A DNA stretch of 64,000 bases, from contig JBPGPT010000023.1 of NCBI GenBank assembly GCA_051047955.1, forward strand, positions 186,001 through 250,000, written 5' to 3'. The notes beneath the pieces are model-generated. The model saw only the letters and a program-made list of their open reading frames with translations, had not been told where the DNA came from and searched no databases. A program made the translations under genes and the position numbers. Positions within the stretch are counted from its first letter, which is position 1. Each line of letters begins with the position of its first letter. The stretch comes from Cystobasidiomycetes sp. EMM_F5 (Eukaryota). Positions 51,991 to 64,000 of this stretch are shown in pieces.

Positions 51991-53106
51991 CTACAGGACA
52001 TCCTTGAGGGAAGGACTGTCTTCTGCTCGCGCAGTATGAGACTGCTGTTTACCCAGCGTATGCATCTCGTCCCGAATCCTGTCGCCCCGGTCTGTCTGTT
52101 CTTCGAGCGGATCTACATCGTGTCGTTGTTCTTGCACTGGTGCCTCCTCCTGCTCAATGACAATGTCATGCTCCTTGACACCTCCGTCTCCGTCTGCTTT
52201 GTCTTCACCTAGTTCGCCTGCACCGGGCGAGGTCGAAGCAGAGACTAGCGCATCAACGTCTGCCATGCTGACTGATGGATCTGGTAGCGGCACATCCTCC
52301 AACTCCTCCCCGACCAGCGCATCTTGCGGTCTACCCAACCAGTCTGAAAGGTACTGGACAGAGTCTACGTCGATGACTATCCGCTTGTGCTGCAGCAGAC
52401 TGTAGACGTCGACATCGTCAATCAGACGTACTTGCACTCCGGGTAGATTGCGAGTCGAAAGGTGGAACTCTTTGGGTATTTCAGAGAGGAGGAAGAGAGA
52501 GGAAGAGAATGCGGATGTGGAGGGTGAAGTGTAGAAGGATTCGAGGAGGAGTCTTGTTGATATTGTATCTGGGCGTGGCACGTCGGGAATAACGCAGAGC
52601 TGTGAAGACAAGGTATGAGCTTTGAGTGCACACGATTGAGAGGAACGAGTACACACCTCTGACCGTCTCCACCTCTCGCTCAGAGCTGTCCGGATGCCCA
52701 TCTCAAACACCTTTCTCGGGAGCCCAATCGACCAGTCCTTTGGCTGTTTGGCAAATGCCCGCCCTCCACCGCGTCTGATGGGACTGCGCACGCTCCCGAC
52801 CCTCGCCCTTCCCGACCCCTTCTGCCGCATAATCTTCCTGCTCGAGCCCTTGACCTGGGCCCTGTTCTTGTTTGCTGCGGTTCCCTGGCGGAGTCCGAGG
52901 AGGTGCGCCCTCACGCACTGGTGGAGTATATCTGGGCGAGGCTGGGCGTTGAAGATGTGCGTCGGTAGGGTAACGTAGCTGGGGGCGACTGCCTTTGACG
53001 TCGATGGGGGCCATGCTGTCAGTGGGAGATGGACGACTGGCGGGATGACGGGGGGCACAGCATGGGCGGACACAGAAAACAGACGCCGTGCGAGGGTGTG
53101 AAACAT
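51991..53106 (-). CDS. YML6: Mitochondrial ribosomal protein uL4m
   Basis: RPDILHQCV...RQGTAANKNRAQVKGSSRKIMRQKGSGRARVGSVRSPIRRGGGRAF, LPRKV, STRNLPGV; presequence MFHTLARRLFS. Confidence 0.9.
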   Translation of the reverse strand: MFHTLARRLFSVSAHAVPPVIPPVVHLPLTAWPPSTSKAVAPSYVTLPTHIFNAQPRPDILHQCVRAHLLGLRQGTAANKNRAQVKGSSRKIMRQKGSGRARVGSVRSPIRRGGGRAFAKQPKDWSIGLPRKVFEMGIRTALSERWRRSEVCTRSSQSCALKAHTLSSQLCVIPDVPRPDTISTRLLLESFYTSPSTSAFSSSLFLLSEIPKEFHLSTRNLPGVQVRLIDDVDVYSLLQHKRIVIDVDSVQYLSDWLGRPQDALVGEELEDVPLPDPSVSMADVDALVSASTSPGAGELGEDKADGDGGVKEHDIVIEQEEAPVQEQRHDVDPLEEQTDRGDRIRDEMHTLGKQQSHTARAEDSPSLKDVL

Positions 53107-53158
53107 AATAACCAAGGATGATTGGATGGAGGAGAGAGGTTTGAGGGAGGTCAGGTCA

Positions 53159-53206
53159 GCTTAGTCAGCCCCTTCTCTCTCCCTCTCCCTCTCTCGCTTA
53201 GTCAGC
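53159..53206. promoter_or_regulatory. Direct repeat of GCTTAGTCAGC flanking a CT-rich tract in the uL4m/eL43 divergent promoter
   Basis: Exact 11-mer at 53159-53169 and 53196-53206; core TTAGTCA is an AP-1/Yap-type bZIP site. Function is inferred. Confidence 0.45.
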
Positions 53207-53291
53207 ACCCCCTTTGGAAGAAATGAAAACTGATCGTGCGAGCCTTCCAACCCCTGCTTGACACCAACACCCCTGCATACTCGCACATACA

Positions 53292-53978
53292 ATGGTGAGC
53301 AGTGCTGCTGCCATCTCTCAATCAGACTGCGCTGACTCTCCGGATTCGCTGCCCTTTTTTCCCGCTCGTCTGGCATTCAATTTCGATGAAATACGAATGA
53401 CAATGAAATATCAATAATGGCAATTCGCGCTACAACGATGCCCGATACCCGCCCAATACGATACACGCTCTCTCTCATTCCAGGCTAAACGAACAAAGAA
53501 AGCCGGAATCAGTACGTTCAGCCATTGATGCACAGCTTGCACGACCCTGCACGACGTCCATCGGGGATGTTGGGAGCACGACTGATACGACTAATCTGCA
53601 GCCGGAAAGTACGGTACCCGTTATGGTGCATCGTTGAGGAAGGAGGTCAAAAAGATGGAAATCAGCCAGGTTTGTCACTTGCATCTGTCCACTCGAGACG
53701 ACATCATGCCGATACTTGTCGTCACTCCTCCTCTACAGCACGGACGATACAAGTGCTCATTCTGCGGCAAGGATACCGTCAAGCGTTCAGCAGTAGGAAT
53801 CTGGAATTGCAGTGCTTGCAGGAAAACTGTGGCAGGTGGTGCTTGGACTGTTGGAACCCCTTCCGCGGCCATTGTCAGGAGGTGGGCACTGTCCGATAAT
53901 TGACTATTCTACCGATTGCTGAATGGCACAATTCTCCACAGTACCGTACGACGACTTCGAGAGCTGGCAGATGCGTAA
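53292..53978 (+). CDS. RPL43: 60S ribosomal protein eL43 (L37a); five coding exons, first is ATG only
   Basis: [69 protein letters not shown]...[12 protein letters not shown]. Confidence 0.97.
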
Positions 53979-54658
53979 ACCTGTAGTACCTCATTGTTTT
54001 CACCATCGTGGCTTGCTGCAATGAAGGAAGTTTGGTAGCATATGTGGGGACTGTTCATCTCTCACTCGTCGACATTCAACATGCTACATCTGACCGCATG
54101 GCCGGTGGGCTAAGCCCTACGCGCCATGGCAAACATATGCACGTTTCAATCTTTCAAACAATTGGGCGCGCCCATTGCTGGTTTGCTGACCTGACAGACT
54201 GCAGACTCATGGCTGGCTGACGAGTTATTGTGTGCGAATTGCCTGCGAGACGTACTCACTGTCTCTGGTGATTTCCGCGCATTCGGGTAGGAACCCCCAC
54301 ACAAGATGGCTTGCGGCCGAAGAGCTTGCCCTTTTTTGCCATGCTGTACACCCAGACCAGCACTGCAGCTTACTGATCCGCTCTTGAAATCTCGTCAACT
54401 AAATTCAGCAAAATCAGTCGCCCTGAAGGCCGTCCTCCACATAGCTGAGACTTGCTAACTTCTCACAGACATTTCCTTATTGACAGTCCCGTATTCCTCT
54501 AGCTGCAAGCATCACAATACTGCTGTGCAGTCACCTTTTCAAACCCACAAGCATTCACTGTCGAGTGTGTCGTACAAATCGTCCCACTCTCGGTTAGGAG
54601 CACCTTGTCCAGTAAGATTATCCCACTGCAAACGTTTTTGGATTACATTCCCCCAAGT

Positions 54659-55621
54659 ATGCTTGCACTGCCCCTCCCCCGGAGTTACTCCTCTGCTTTC
54701 GTCGCACTGCTGGCAACGAGCGGCTTCATCCTATCAGGTTTGTCAGGCATTGCAGCATCGCGATGTTTCGTGATCCTGACGTGTCGCCGTCATCAACAGC
54801 AAGCGCCATTATAACGCCGAGGCATGCGCGGTTTCACCAACGAGCCGTTCCAGTTATACATCGTCCTACAGACTCACAGATACTGTCTGCAAGAGCCTAT
54901 GAAGCGGTATCCACGACAACTATCCCACCTCACAATCGGCTGCGGGAGCGCAATACACATCCTACTGGAGCGTTGGCAGCTAGAGACGGTCCAGTTGCTC
55001 TGCCAGGCGATATTTGGGACCTGGCAAAATGCACCAACCCTAATCCATGTGTAAGTGCACGTCAGATGGCCAGACTGCGCATGCAATGCCAACGCTGACT
55101 GCCTGTCACAATGCGCCCCAGTTCTCTAACGGAGTCGACATGGGTATCACTACTGTGAGTTCAGCTGTAACGCAGGTTGGGCTACTTGTCTACTAACAGG
55201 TTGTTACTCTGCTCGCAAGGACGCTTGCAATGCCTTGTCAGACTATTGGTGGATGGAAAGTCAGACTGACACCCTCACCAGTGGAGCTGCAATGTCTTTG
55301 CCTCTTAACGACGTAACCAAATGCCAAGCCAGCATGTAAGCTCGAAGTCGGACAGTGTCTATTCAATTCAGCTCATCCCCTCCTTTCGAAAGCACTCCCG
55401 TTGGTAATTCTCCCAGTGCCAGTTTTCTCCGCAAAGACATGCTCAACGGTCTCAAAGCAATGGCTAAAACGTGCGCAGACAAGAGTCAGAAGGCTGTCTA
55501 CTGCCGACTCGCGTATCAGGGCGGCAATCTAGACCTCTGCATCGCCGCACCAGGACAGTCTTGCTCGCCAGCAGGATCCGCATCGTCACTCAGTGCTAGC
55601 AGCGCATCGCACAGTACGTGA
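54659..55621 (+). CDS. Small secreted cysteine-rich protein (effector/toxin-like), multi-exon
   Basis: Signal peptide exon (SAFVALLATSGFILS|A), Arg-rich pro-region ending LAAR-D, mature part with 8 Cys over several exons with canonical GT..AG sites; the last acceptor is uncertain. Confidence 0.6.
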
Positions 55622-55825
55622 TCAGCCTCAATAAGCGATACAATGTTTCTCTCCATGTGGATGTATACAGAAGCTGTGCTTTACACTATTCTTCTAAAGA
55701 TGCTATATCACGCGGCAACTCTTTAGGGACTCGTCATCAACGGAAATGCTGAACAGATACAAGCTCGCTTAATCGTCTACTGATGTACTGATGTACAAGA
55801 AATATTCTCACGCCTGTGACTTGAT

Positions 55826-58650
55826 CTACAGCTTCGATTGAGGAACCTGTGGCTTGGAAGTAGAGGCCTTTCGGACCTCTGGATCGTGAATGTCGGGGTT
55901 CCAGATGATACCGTTAATGGCTGCGGGTCAATGACAATATAAGCTCGCGGCATTTTACTTGAACGCAGAAAGAATGCTTACGTTCCCTGACGGCAAAGTC
56001 AAAGAGAGCCCTGTACACGTCTCCGTCGGATCTGCCCAATGACGAATTGAGCAGATAGTCTGGTAACTTGAAGGCTTCCACGAGTGGCACTGCCTGTGGT
56101 CGGATGATAGTGAGCAGCTCGTCCACGCGCGACCGCAGCATCTCCGCTTGATCCGGGGAGAGGTAATTTGCTCGCATGAAGTCCGCAGCCTCCGTGTCCA
56201 TAGTATAGCATGCTATCATCTACGTCAGAACTTGCCATAAGTCCCATAGAAAGTCTATATTTCGCTCACCGAAAAGCTCAAACACCGTCGACATTATATG
56301 ATGCAGGGCGGGATGTGCTTTCAGCTTTTCATCGTTCTTGAGAGCATTTGCAAAGTTGAGGACCAAGTAGAATTGGGCGTGCGCTTTGCTAGCCCTGTAC
56401 ATTTCGACCAACAGGCTGTTCCAGGTACGCCTCTCGATATCACGCTTTCGTACGAGCTGTCCGACGATGTGAGCGGTACGGAAACCGAATGCATCGACAA
56501 ACATGTCAACATCGTGCAGATCACCACTGTACTTGATGTTTGCTTTGCGGTACGGATCAGCCTAATAGCCGATCAATCAGCATCCCTCTCTTGTAGGAGT
56601 AATATTCGGCATACCAGGTAGGCCTTAATGTAATCCATTGTTACGCTGCCATTTGATGGCTCGTCTCGCTTTTCAAAGATGGTCCTGAATGTCTTCATCA
56701 AGTATCTTGCAGTTTGCTGAGTCAACATATACCTGATGCAGATGTTATTCATTGCTTGATGGTAGAGCACAAAAGTGAAACTCACGAGTCGCCTTCCCAA
56801 GTAACTTGCGGCAAATAGTCGGCATATTGCTGACCCATACCAGCCGACGAAGAGTAACCGTGACCACCGCATGCCCTTCTACACTCTTCAATAGAGCCCG
56901 CAGCAGTAATTGTCGACAAACTCTTCAGAGCTGAGCTGAGTGCATGAGTGTCGGCAAGCAGAGAAAAGTCGCCACCTTTCATGTTGTCCAAGTTATCGGT
57001 GTATAATTTGAACATGGCAACTCCAGCTTTGAGACAAGATTTAGCATGAAGACGGTCGAGCCTGCGCCATGACAAACTTACTGAAATGGAAAGCGTACGC
57101 TTGAGCCAGGATGGGGAACAGTCGGTATTGCACCATTGAGTAATTTAGGACTTGAGTTTCTGCCGGCTGATCGAATGTACATATTCATCAGAACCGCACA
57201 GAAATAACGAGAGTGAAGCACTCACTCTCCGGTCATCGAGTTGGGGAGCATCTTTATCGGCAAACTGTCTTCGCACGGCACAATCTGCGGTGAAAAGGAC
57301 GATGTCAGAACGCAAAGTACTCTTGCACGAAAGCCTCCTGCTTACATCTGATAGCAATAGTGGCAGCCCTCGCAATGACATCCCGCGCAGATCTCACAAT
57401 CCCCGCACGGATGTAGACCATTGTTCCGTATGCCAGCTTGTCATGCGCCTATTAGGAGGTTGCGTCAATTGGGCCTCTGGCCGCATCATCTCGCATTATT
57501 GGAACTTACAGGCTTGGTGTACTTTCCGCTATTCTTGTCAATTTGACTGTACTTGGCGAAGAAATGGTTATGAGGGCTGAATACGCAGAATCAGTAAGGC
57601 TGTTGATTTCATGGCGACATCGCTCGCCTACATTCTGACATGGTCGAGCAGTAAAAACCCGTTATCTACCGTATTGAATCCGAACTTTGGGCCAATGTCA
57701 CCGATGGTGCATCCTGGCAAAGCTTCTCTCGTGATTGGATCACGGATCGGTACGACAAAAGGATGTGGTCCATAGTTTTTGCCCTTGATAACAAGCTGAG
57801 CCATGACGCAGGAATGGGTTGCAGTGCGACCGAGACCGCCAGACCACCATTTAGCGGAAGTCAAAGTAGGCGAGTGTAGCTCAAATTCCTGGTCTTCTGG
57901 TATATACGTAGCCGTGGTTTCCAGTCCTTGAACATTACTGCCATGGCCCAACTCTGTTTGAGAGTAGCAGCCGATGATTTCATATCTCTGTGACGGCTCC
58001 AAGAACAGCTTATGCTGCTCGTCCGTGCCCTGATCGCGCAGAGTCTTGGTCCACATACTTCGATGTAGATTGAATGTACCGGGAATATCGATAAGGAACT
58101 CTGCCATCATCGTATCTTCGTCGTTCCAACGATTCTCCGTAATCATTTGCGCCAAGCGCTTCTCCTGAAAATACCGTAACGAGTTAGCAGAATTATGAGA
58201 TAGTAAGGATTCTCCCGACCTTTCGCATGCCCATCTCGTACTTTTCCATCCGGCCTTGGTAGTGGAGGTTGGCCTTGTTGAATGCCGGCTCCTTTTCGAC
58301 GATTGCGAGTATACGATGCATGCGGTCGAGGTAGGCATCGCCATAGATGTAGGATGCCAGCTGGTCGACACCGAATGACTGTAACATGTGGGATTGCAGA
58401 CGTCAGTATCGTGTCTATTCTTCCGGAGCTTCCGGACTCGGCGACTGACGGCTCTGCTTCTTTCAATGTCCAGCAAGCGTTTCCCTGTGTGAACCACAGC
58501 AACATCAGCGCACAGTCTGAAGAATCAGCAACTCCAAGCCTCACCAGACGAGCCAGGGATACGAAGCTCTGACGAGATCTGGACGTTTACGGGCTGCAAG
58601 GGGTCACCATCCTGCCCGAGCGAGGTGAGATCGACTGTCTCCTGAGGCAT
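55826..58650 (-). CDS. POX1: Peroxisomal acyl-CoA oxidase, many exons, C-terminal PTS1 SKL
   Basis: IIGCYSQTELGHGSNVQGLETTAT, KWWSGGLG, GDIGPKFG..DNG, IEECRRACGGHGYS, TWEGD, LNSSLGRSDGDVY; ends PQSKL*. Confidence 0.95.
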
Positions 58651-58895
58651 GGTGCGAGGTCTGAGAGGTGTTGTATAAATGATGCTGCGACTTGAAGTTG
58701 TCACAATTCCAAGATGCTCGTCCAGTCTTTCTCTGTCGCGGCGATGGAAAATACCGTCACCACCGACCGGCTCAGCGCTGGCCGGGGCCGGAGCAGGCAC
58801 CACACAAAAATTGGTAGACATCTTTGGCGTGACACATCAGCAATGACGATTAGAGGACAATGGCTGCAGCTGTGCTTCGAGAAGACGCTGGCTAG

Positions 58896-60238
58896 CTACA
58901 ATCTGAGATACTGCGTGGGCTTCGTGACCATGCTAAGGTGGCTCGTTTTGCGGGCAAACAGCTGCTGCCAGACGATGTTGGCTTCTTCAGTCTAGACATT
59001 CAAGTCAGAACGTCAGCATGCCTTTCAGAAAGACGCCGTGGCTACTCACAGTCGGATCATGAAACGCAAGATCCTGCCACAACTCCTGCTCGGCGGCTTT
59101 GGCAGGTCCAAACAGCGATGCAGCAGCTCTGCCAGTCTTGAAGTCACCCTTTCCACCTTGCTTGCCCCCTCCATCTGCCCCTTCCTCTTGTTTGACAGTT
59201 GCATGTACCAGCTTGACATCACCATTGGCCTGTCTCTTGGCAGCAGCCTGTGCTTTCCTCTTATCACGAGCCGCAATCTGCGCAACAGACGTGCCTCCTT
59301 CGTCCTCTTCGCCGGAAGACGCACCAGATTGTCCTTCGTCGTCACTGCCGTCGAGCGCTCGTCGTTCTCTTCGGGCATTATTCCTGTCGAGCGCAGCGAT
59401 CCGGTCCAAATACTTCAGATGCGGCCGCATCTGAATGGTACGTGTCAGCGGTGTGAGATGCACTTCGTCTGCACGGTTCAGAGCACACGGCCATCAGCAA
59501 TGTCGACTGAGACCACCAAGATCAACAAGCTTTGCGCCTTTACACACCGTCCTTTACTATTGCACAAGCGTACCAAGTTTGGTCAGGCAGAGGCTCGCCT
59601 GACAACGTCATTCGACGCAAGGGCTTGTCACTTCCAGCTTCGTAAGCCAATTGCGCTTCTCTGCGTCCACGACCAGCTGTACTTTTTATTTTGCTACTGC
59701 CCAGTTCCCCGAGATCTGATTCCTGTTGGCCCCGACCCAATGCCTGCGCTCGATGCTCGTTGAAACGTCTCTCTTGCCTTCCTGCTTCGGCTTCAAGAGG
59801 TACCGACATTTCAAGGTGCCCGACTTTGGGCTTGTACCGCGCTGTAACTCTTTCGGTCGGCGGACGGTCATCGGGCGTGCCCTCATCAGGTCTGAGAGAA
59901 GGAGGTAGAAGAGGATGATGTGGGTGTCTTCCGGGAGGTCTATGTGGATATTGTAGAAGTGCAAGCGAGTCTGCCAGAGCTGGGGTTAGAAATACTGGCA
60001 GCGTCTTGATGACGGGGTCGTCTAAATCCGAGTCAGACTCTTCGTCGACCAGCATTCTGACGTGGTTGCTGTACCCTCGCCCCGAAATATCATCATCTTG
60101 CTTGACGTCTTGCCGCTGGCGCTGTTTGCCCTTGTGCGGCGAAGGAGGCCGTCGTCCTTCGTCTTTTGGCTCATCGTCTTCGCTGTCTGAGGGTGGCCTA
60201 AACAGTTGTTGTGTCGTGTCCTTGGACGTGGAAGCCAT
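58896..60238 (-). CDS. RPC37: RNA polymerase III subunit RPC5/C37 (Sin-like)
   Basis: DDPVIKTLPVFL...LALLQYP, ARYKPK, YACAIVKD|...HLTPL..TIQMRPHLKYLD. Confidence 0.8.
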
Positions 60239-60478
60239 ATTTGACAGGCGGAAAGGTATCAGTGAGACTGTTTGCAAGGTAGACTTTGAAACTTAGACGC
60301 AGAAAAAAACGGGGTCTCAGAAAGTAAGTACTAGCAAAGAGTGGAGGTTTGTCAAATGCAAGATCAACTATGTGCATATCTAGACCGAACGACGTCGCTT
60401 ATGCTATGCACAGATGTTCCCTAAACGAAGCAGATTAATTTGCAACAAATGCAAGTGCGTTTTATACAATTCGTTGAT

Positions 60479-63400
60479 TTATGCTTTGCCGTTGGTCTTC
60501 TTCTTGTTCTTCGATGTGGGTTTGTCGTTACCCTGGATGAATTTTACCAGTTCGTCTACCTCGAGGTGCCCTCGACTGCCAGTCCTGTCATCCGTAGCGG
60601 GCGAGTTCACACCGTTCGAGGCTTGTGATTTGTCGAGCAAGGCTCTCGATGCTCCCGAAGCCCCGACTCTGGCCATGAGCTCTCTAGCACGCGCAGGATC
60701 GCTCCCAATGCGCTTGGCTAGCTTTTCTACCCTGTCAAGGTCACTTCGCTCACGTTGTAAGGCAGCTTGCTTGACAGCAGATAAAAGGTTGCCAGCCTCT
60801 CTAGTACTTTCACTGTCTGCACCCATGCGACTCTCGTAGACTCGAAGAGCTTCCGCCAAGTATGGCTCGGACTCGGCAAGCTCGCCGCTCATGATGTAAC
60901 ATTGCGCAAGCTGGTATGCCGAGTTTGCGGTTATCAAGGAGTTTGGCCCGTATGCAGAGTTGGCGAGACTTTGCGCTGCACGATAATACGGAACGGCTGC
61001 ACTATATGGATGTATCCTGCTTTGCTTGATTATCGTAGCGGCCAAATACTAAGTTGACAAGATGTTAGATAGTCGGCAAGTAGCAGATATGTCACATAAT
61101 CCTACCGCAGATTTAGCCTTCTCGGGGTGATTGGGTCCGTACAAGGCTGCGCTGATTGCGACTACCTGTGGCAGCAACTTCATCGCAGCATCAATGTTCC
61201 CGACCGCGTGTTCATTGATGGCCAAGTCAGTGTAGCAGTGCAGCGTTTCCACGCTATCGAGACCATGCACGCGTTCGGAGACGATGACAGCCTGCCTGAG
61301 AAAGCGCACAGCCTGCTGCACGTAAGCCTCATGCTGCGCTCGTGCTTGCTCAAGACTTTCGTCGTCGGCGTATCCGCTGTCCATTCGCGCTCGCTTGCGA
61401 TCTTCCTCCTTTGGCAGGTTTGACGCAACTTCGGTCGTCTGGATCCGGCGTTGGAGCGACTGCGCCAACCGACTGTACAAGGACGCAATAGTGCGCCAGG
61501 CCTCCACCAGCTCGGGATGGGCGACGCTGTAAATCTGCTCGTACAATGTCATGGCTTCTGTGACGAACGCCTCGCCGTGCTCGATTGCACCGCGCAGATA
61601 GTACATCTTGCCTTGCTCAAACATCTCCTCTGCCAATGAGCTCTACAGACCAGGCGGTTGGTCAGCGTGAAATGAAGACCGACGTAAAAGAATAATCACC
61701 TTGAAGGGCGCTTTCTTGACCACGCCATACACGTTAATAATGTCTTCGGCGCAGATGCCATTCGCCTCCACAGTCGCCGGAATTGCAGATGTCACTGGTA
61801 CTTTACCCTTTTTCGAGCTGCCGTTAAGATGCGGCGCGTTAGTACCGGATGCCGCCGCGCCATTCGCAGTGACAACGGATGGCTTAGAATTTAAGTTGTA
61901 CTTCCGAAGCGACATTTGCACGCCAGTCGAGATACACAGCTCCCGTATGAGCTGAGCGCGAGCAAAGTCGTCACCCTCGAAATAGGATGATGTGACCGAG
62001 TAGCGGTATCGTTTGCGAATTTCGCACAGCACTTCCGCGCGAAGGCCGCTCGTTGTCGTGTTTCTCCAAGCATTCGAAGAAGACGAAGAAGGGTCGACAC
62101 CTCCGTCGATTTGATTCGCCTTTAGACCAAGCAAGCCGTTGAACAGGTGAGCAATAGCCTCGGACAGCTCGTACGGCTGCAAGCCAGCAATATAGCGCCT
62201 GATGACGTGTTTACTACCTCTTGTTACCATATCACGTATCAGTGTATTCTAGAGTGTTGAAATCGTTTTATTAGCCAAATTCGATACAACGCACACCAAA
62301 TCACGCACTCGGAATTTGCTAAGAAGTGATGCGATGTCTTCTTCAGCAGCTTCGGATAGTTTCTGGCCTTCGGGAAGAATGGAGGAGGAGTGGCACTGCT
62401 CTGCAAGAAGACCGAGATATCGGATGTTAATTCCCTTTTTGTGAAGTAGTTGTGAAAGATGTGAGCTGTCTAGCGGGAGTAGCTCGTCTGTTATGACGTC
62501 GCGGATGAAGGATGGAAGTATAGTGTCGCGAAGGAAATCGGAGGCTGCTCGCACATTCTTCGTCGTGCGTTCCTCCTCGTCAGGCTTGGCGAGGGATGCT
62601 GAGTGCTTCGGCCTGTCTGGCCTGTCCGCGAAAGCATCGGGATTGAATGTGAAATCGAAGTCACCGACATCGATAACAGTCTGTTTATGTTCCGGTGTCT
62701 TTGCATCCTCTTCGACGGCTGATTGCCCGGTTTCTTCTCCGTCCTTATCGACCTTGACGAACTCTTCAGAGGTCGCACTTTCAGGCTGTTCAGTCGAATT
62801 ATTGGCCGCATCGTCTCCGTTCGTCAGAGCGGAACCTTCAGCAACCTTGGACGTAGTCTCTGACGGTGACGCAGTTTGAAGCGCTACTTGCTCTTCAATC
62901 CACTCTCGTGTTTTTCTTGCGTGAAAAGTCTCGATAAGCTCGGGACGGAGCAGTGTAACGCGATGCGGGTACTCGTCTTTCTGCGGAGTGCTGTCCAACG
63001 GAGGTTCTTGGCTGTCTCCGTAAATCTTGCCAGTATAATCTCGCTCGATGAAATTCACATCGACAGGGAAGAAGCGATCTACACCATTCAAAATCATTCA
63101 GTAGCAAAGTACGCCGTGCATGGCCGCGCCAGACTTACAAAGCTCGATAACGTAAGACCGGCCATCAGCTGCGATGACGCCGTGCATTTCTGACGGTGTC
63201 CATAACTCGCTCGAACGCCCTTTTGTATCTGTTACTGTATGCTTGGCGAGGTGGAAGGTGCGGGCTATCTTCTCTGCAAGTGGGGCAAAGCGTTCTTCAC
63301 ACACGTAGCCTTCGTGGGGTTTATCTGTATTCTCGGGCCCGTATACAGACCGTAGGGGCATGATGGGCGGAAGGTCAGGTTGTATAGTGCCAGGAGTAGC

Positions 63401-64000
63401 TTTTCCTTTCCGATCATTTACGACATCGCCATGCATCTGATCGAGGTCCTCAACTTGCTCATTTGTCGCATCTGCAGTCTCCTTAGTCTCTTCTGGAGTC
63501 CTGTTGAAGATACCGGGAGGAATGGCCTGCGCAATCCATCTGTCGCCACAATAATCTACTACGGCAGTCGGAATGGTATTGATGCCAAGGAGGTCGGCAT
63601 CCTGCAGGAGCTTTGCTGCCCACAGGTCCTTTGACGCTGTCACGCGAGCAGCCTCGTGCCCGCCTAAATGCGTGAATGCGTCTAGCGAATCCTGGGCAAG
63701 GGTAAAAAGGATGTTGTTGACGAGGTATGATTTGCCTTCTCCTGCTTCGGCAGTGTTTAGACATGGAGCATCGCCTTTGGCGATGGCAGCTACGCCTCTG
63801 GCAGCAGCAGCGTTGAAGTCGGCATACACACGCACAGCATAGCGATCACGAATCATTCTTTCGTCTTGCGTTTTGCTGGCGAGCTCTCGCATCGAAGTGA
63901 GCTCTTCATTCCAATCCCTAGCGACAGGGAGGGAGTCTGCTGTCGTTGATCCGGTATGCAGGAATGCTGACTGTGAGCGGAGCGGATCCGCCGATGGTTC
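60479..64000 (-). CDS. CLU1: Clustered mitochondria protein Clu1/Tif31, 3' part (starts beyond the window end)
   Basis: RDWNEEL...RMIRDR, NNILF, TAVVDYCGDRWIAQ, GVIAADGRSYVIEL, YPHRVTLLRPELI, FNPDAF, LHKKGINIRYLG, C-terminal TPR-like repeats and GHLEVDELVKFI. Confidence 0.95.

Noticed and set aside
53295..53483. Long first intron of RPL43 as a snoRNA host
   Set aside because: No properly ordered C box (RTGATGA) and D box (CTGA), and no clear H/ACA architecture
1..64000. Biosynthetic cluster, transposon, CRISPR or prokaryotic defence system
   Set aside because: Intron-rich fungal housekeeping neighbourhood; no PKS/NRPS, transposase/RT, terminal repeats or spaced repeat arrays seen

Overview
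Gene-dense eukaryotic DNA with many short GT-AG introns (mostly ~50-90 nt, CTRAC-type branch points). The gene content and architecture indicate a basidiomycete fungus; Pucciniomycotina-like is my inference. Manual splicing supports about 29 protein-coding genes. Recognisable ones are PAB1 (partial), AP-3 sigma, a DHH phosphoesterase, Byr4/Bfa1-like, a secreted alpha/beta-hydrolase, GH26, a fumarate reductase-cytochrome b5 fusion, SFH5, ATG5, mitochondrial RRF, a Nudix hydrolase, a NYN/PIN-LabA-like protein, a DUF6534-like membrane protein, a GT32 MIPC synthase, UTP12/DIP2, an expansin-like DPBB protein, 6-phosphogluconolactonase, PTAR1-like, Snf2/Sth1, Mtf2-like, CDC6, uL4m, eL43, acyl-CoA oxidase, RPC5 and CLU1 (partial), plus several unknown secreted or membrane proteins. 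I saw no rRNA, tRNA, transposon or CRISPR. The top candidates for new biology are (1) a degenerate-looking NYN/PIN-like domain fused to a WG/GW-repeat (Argonaute-hook-like) tail, a possible RNA-silencing adaptor, and (2) a RecJ-like DHH/DHHA1 enzyme with an NLS and a C-terminal PIP-box-like motif. A 6-nt micro-exon in the fumarate reductase and several very short divergent promoters also stand out. All family calls come from motif recognition by eye; no searches were run, and exon boundaries are manual predictions.
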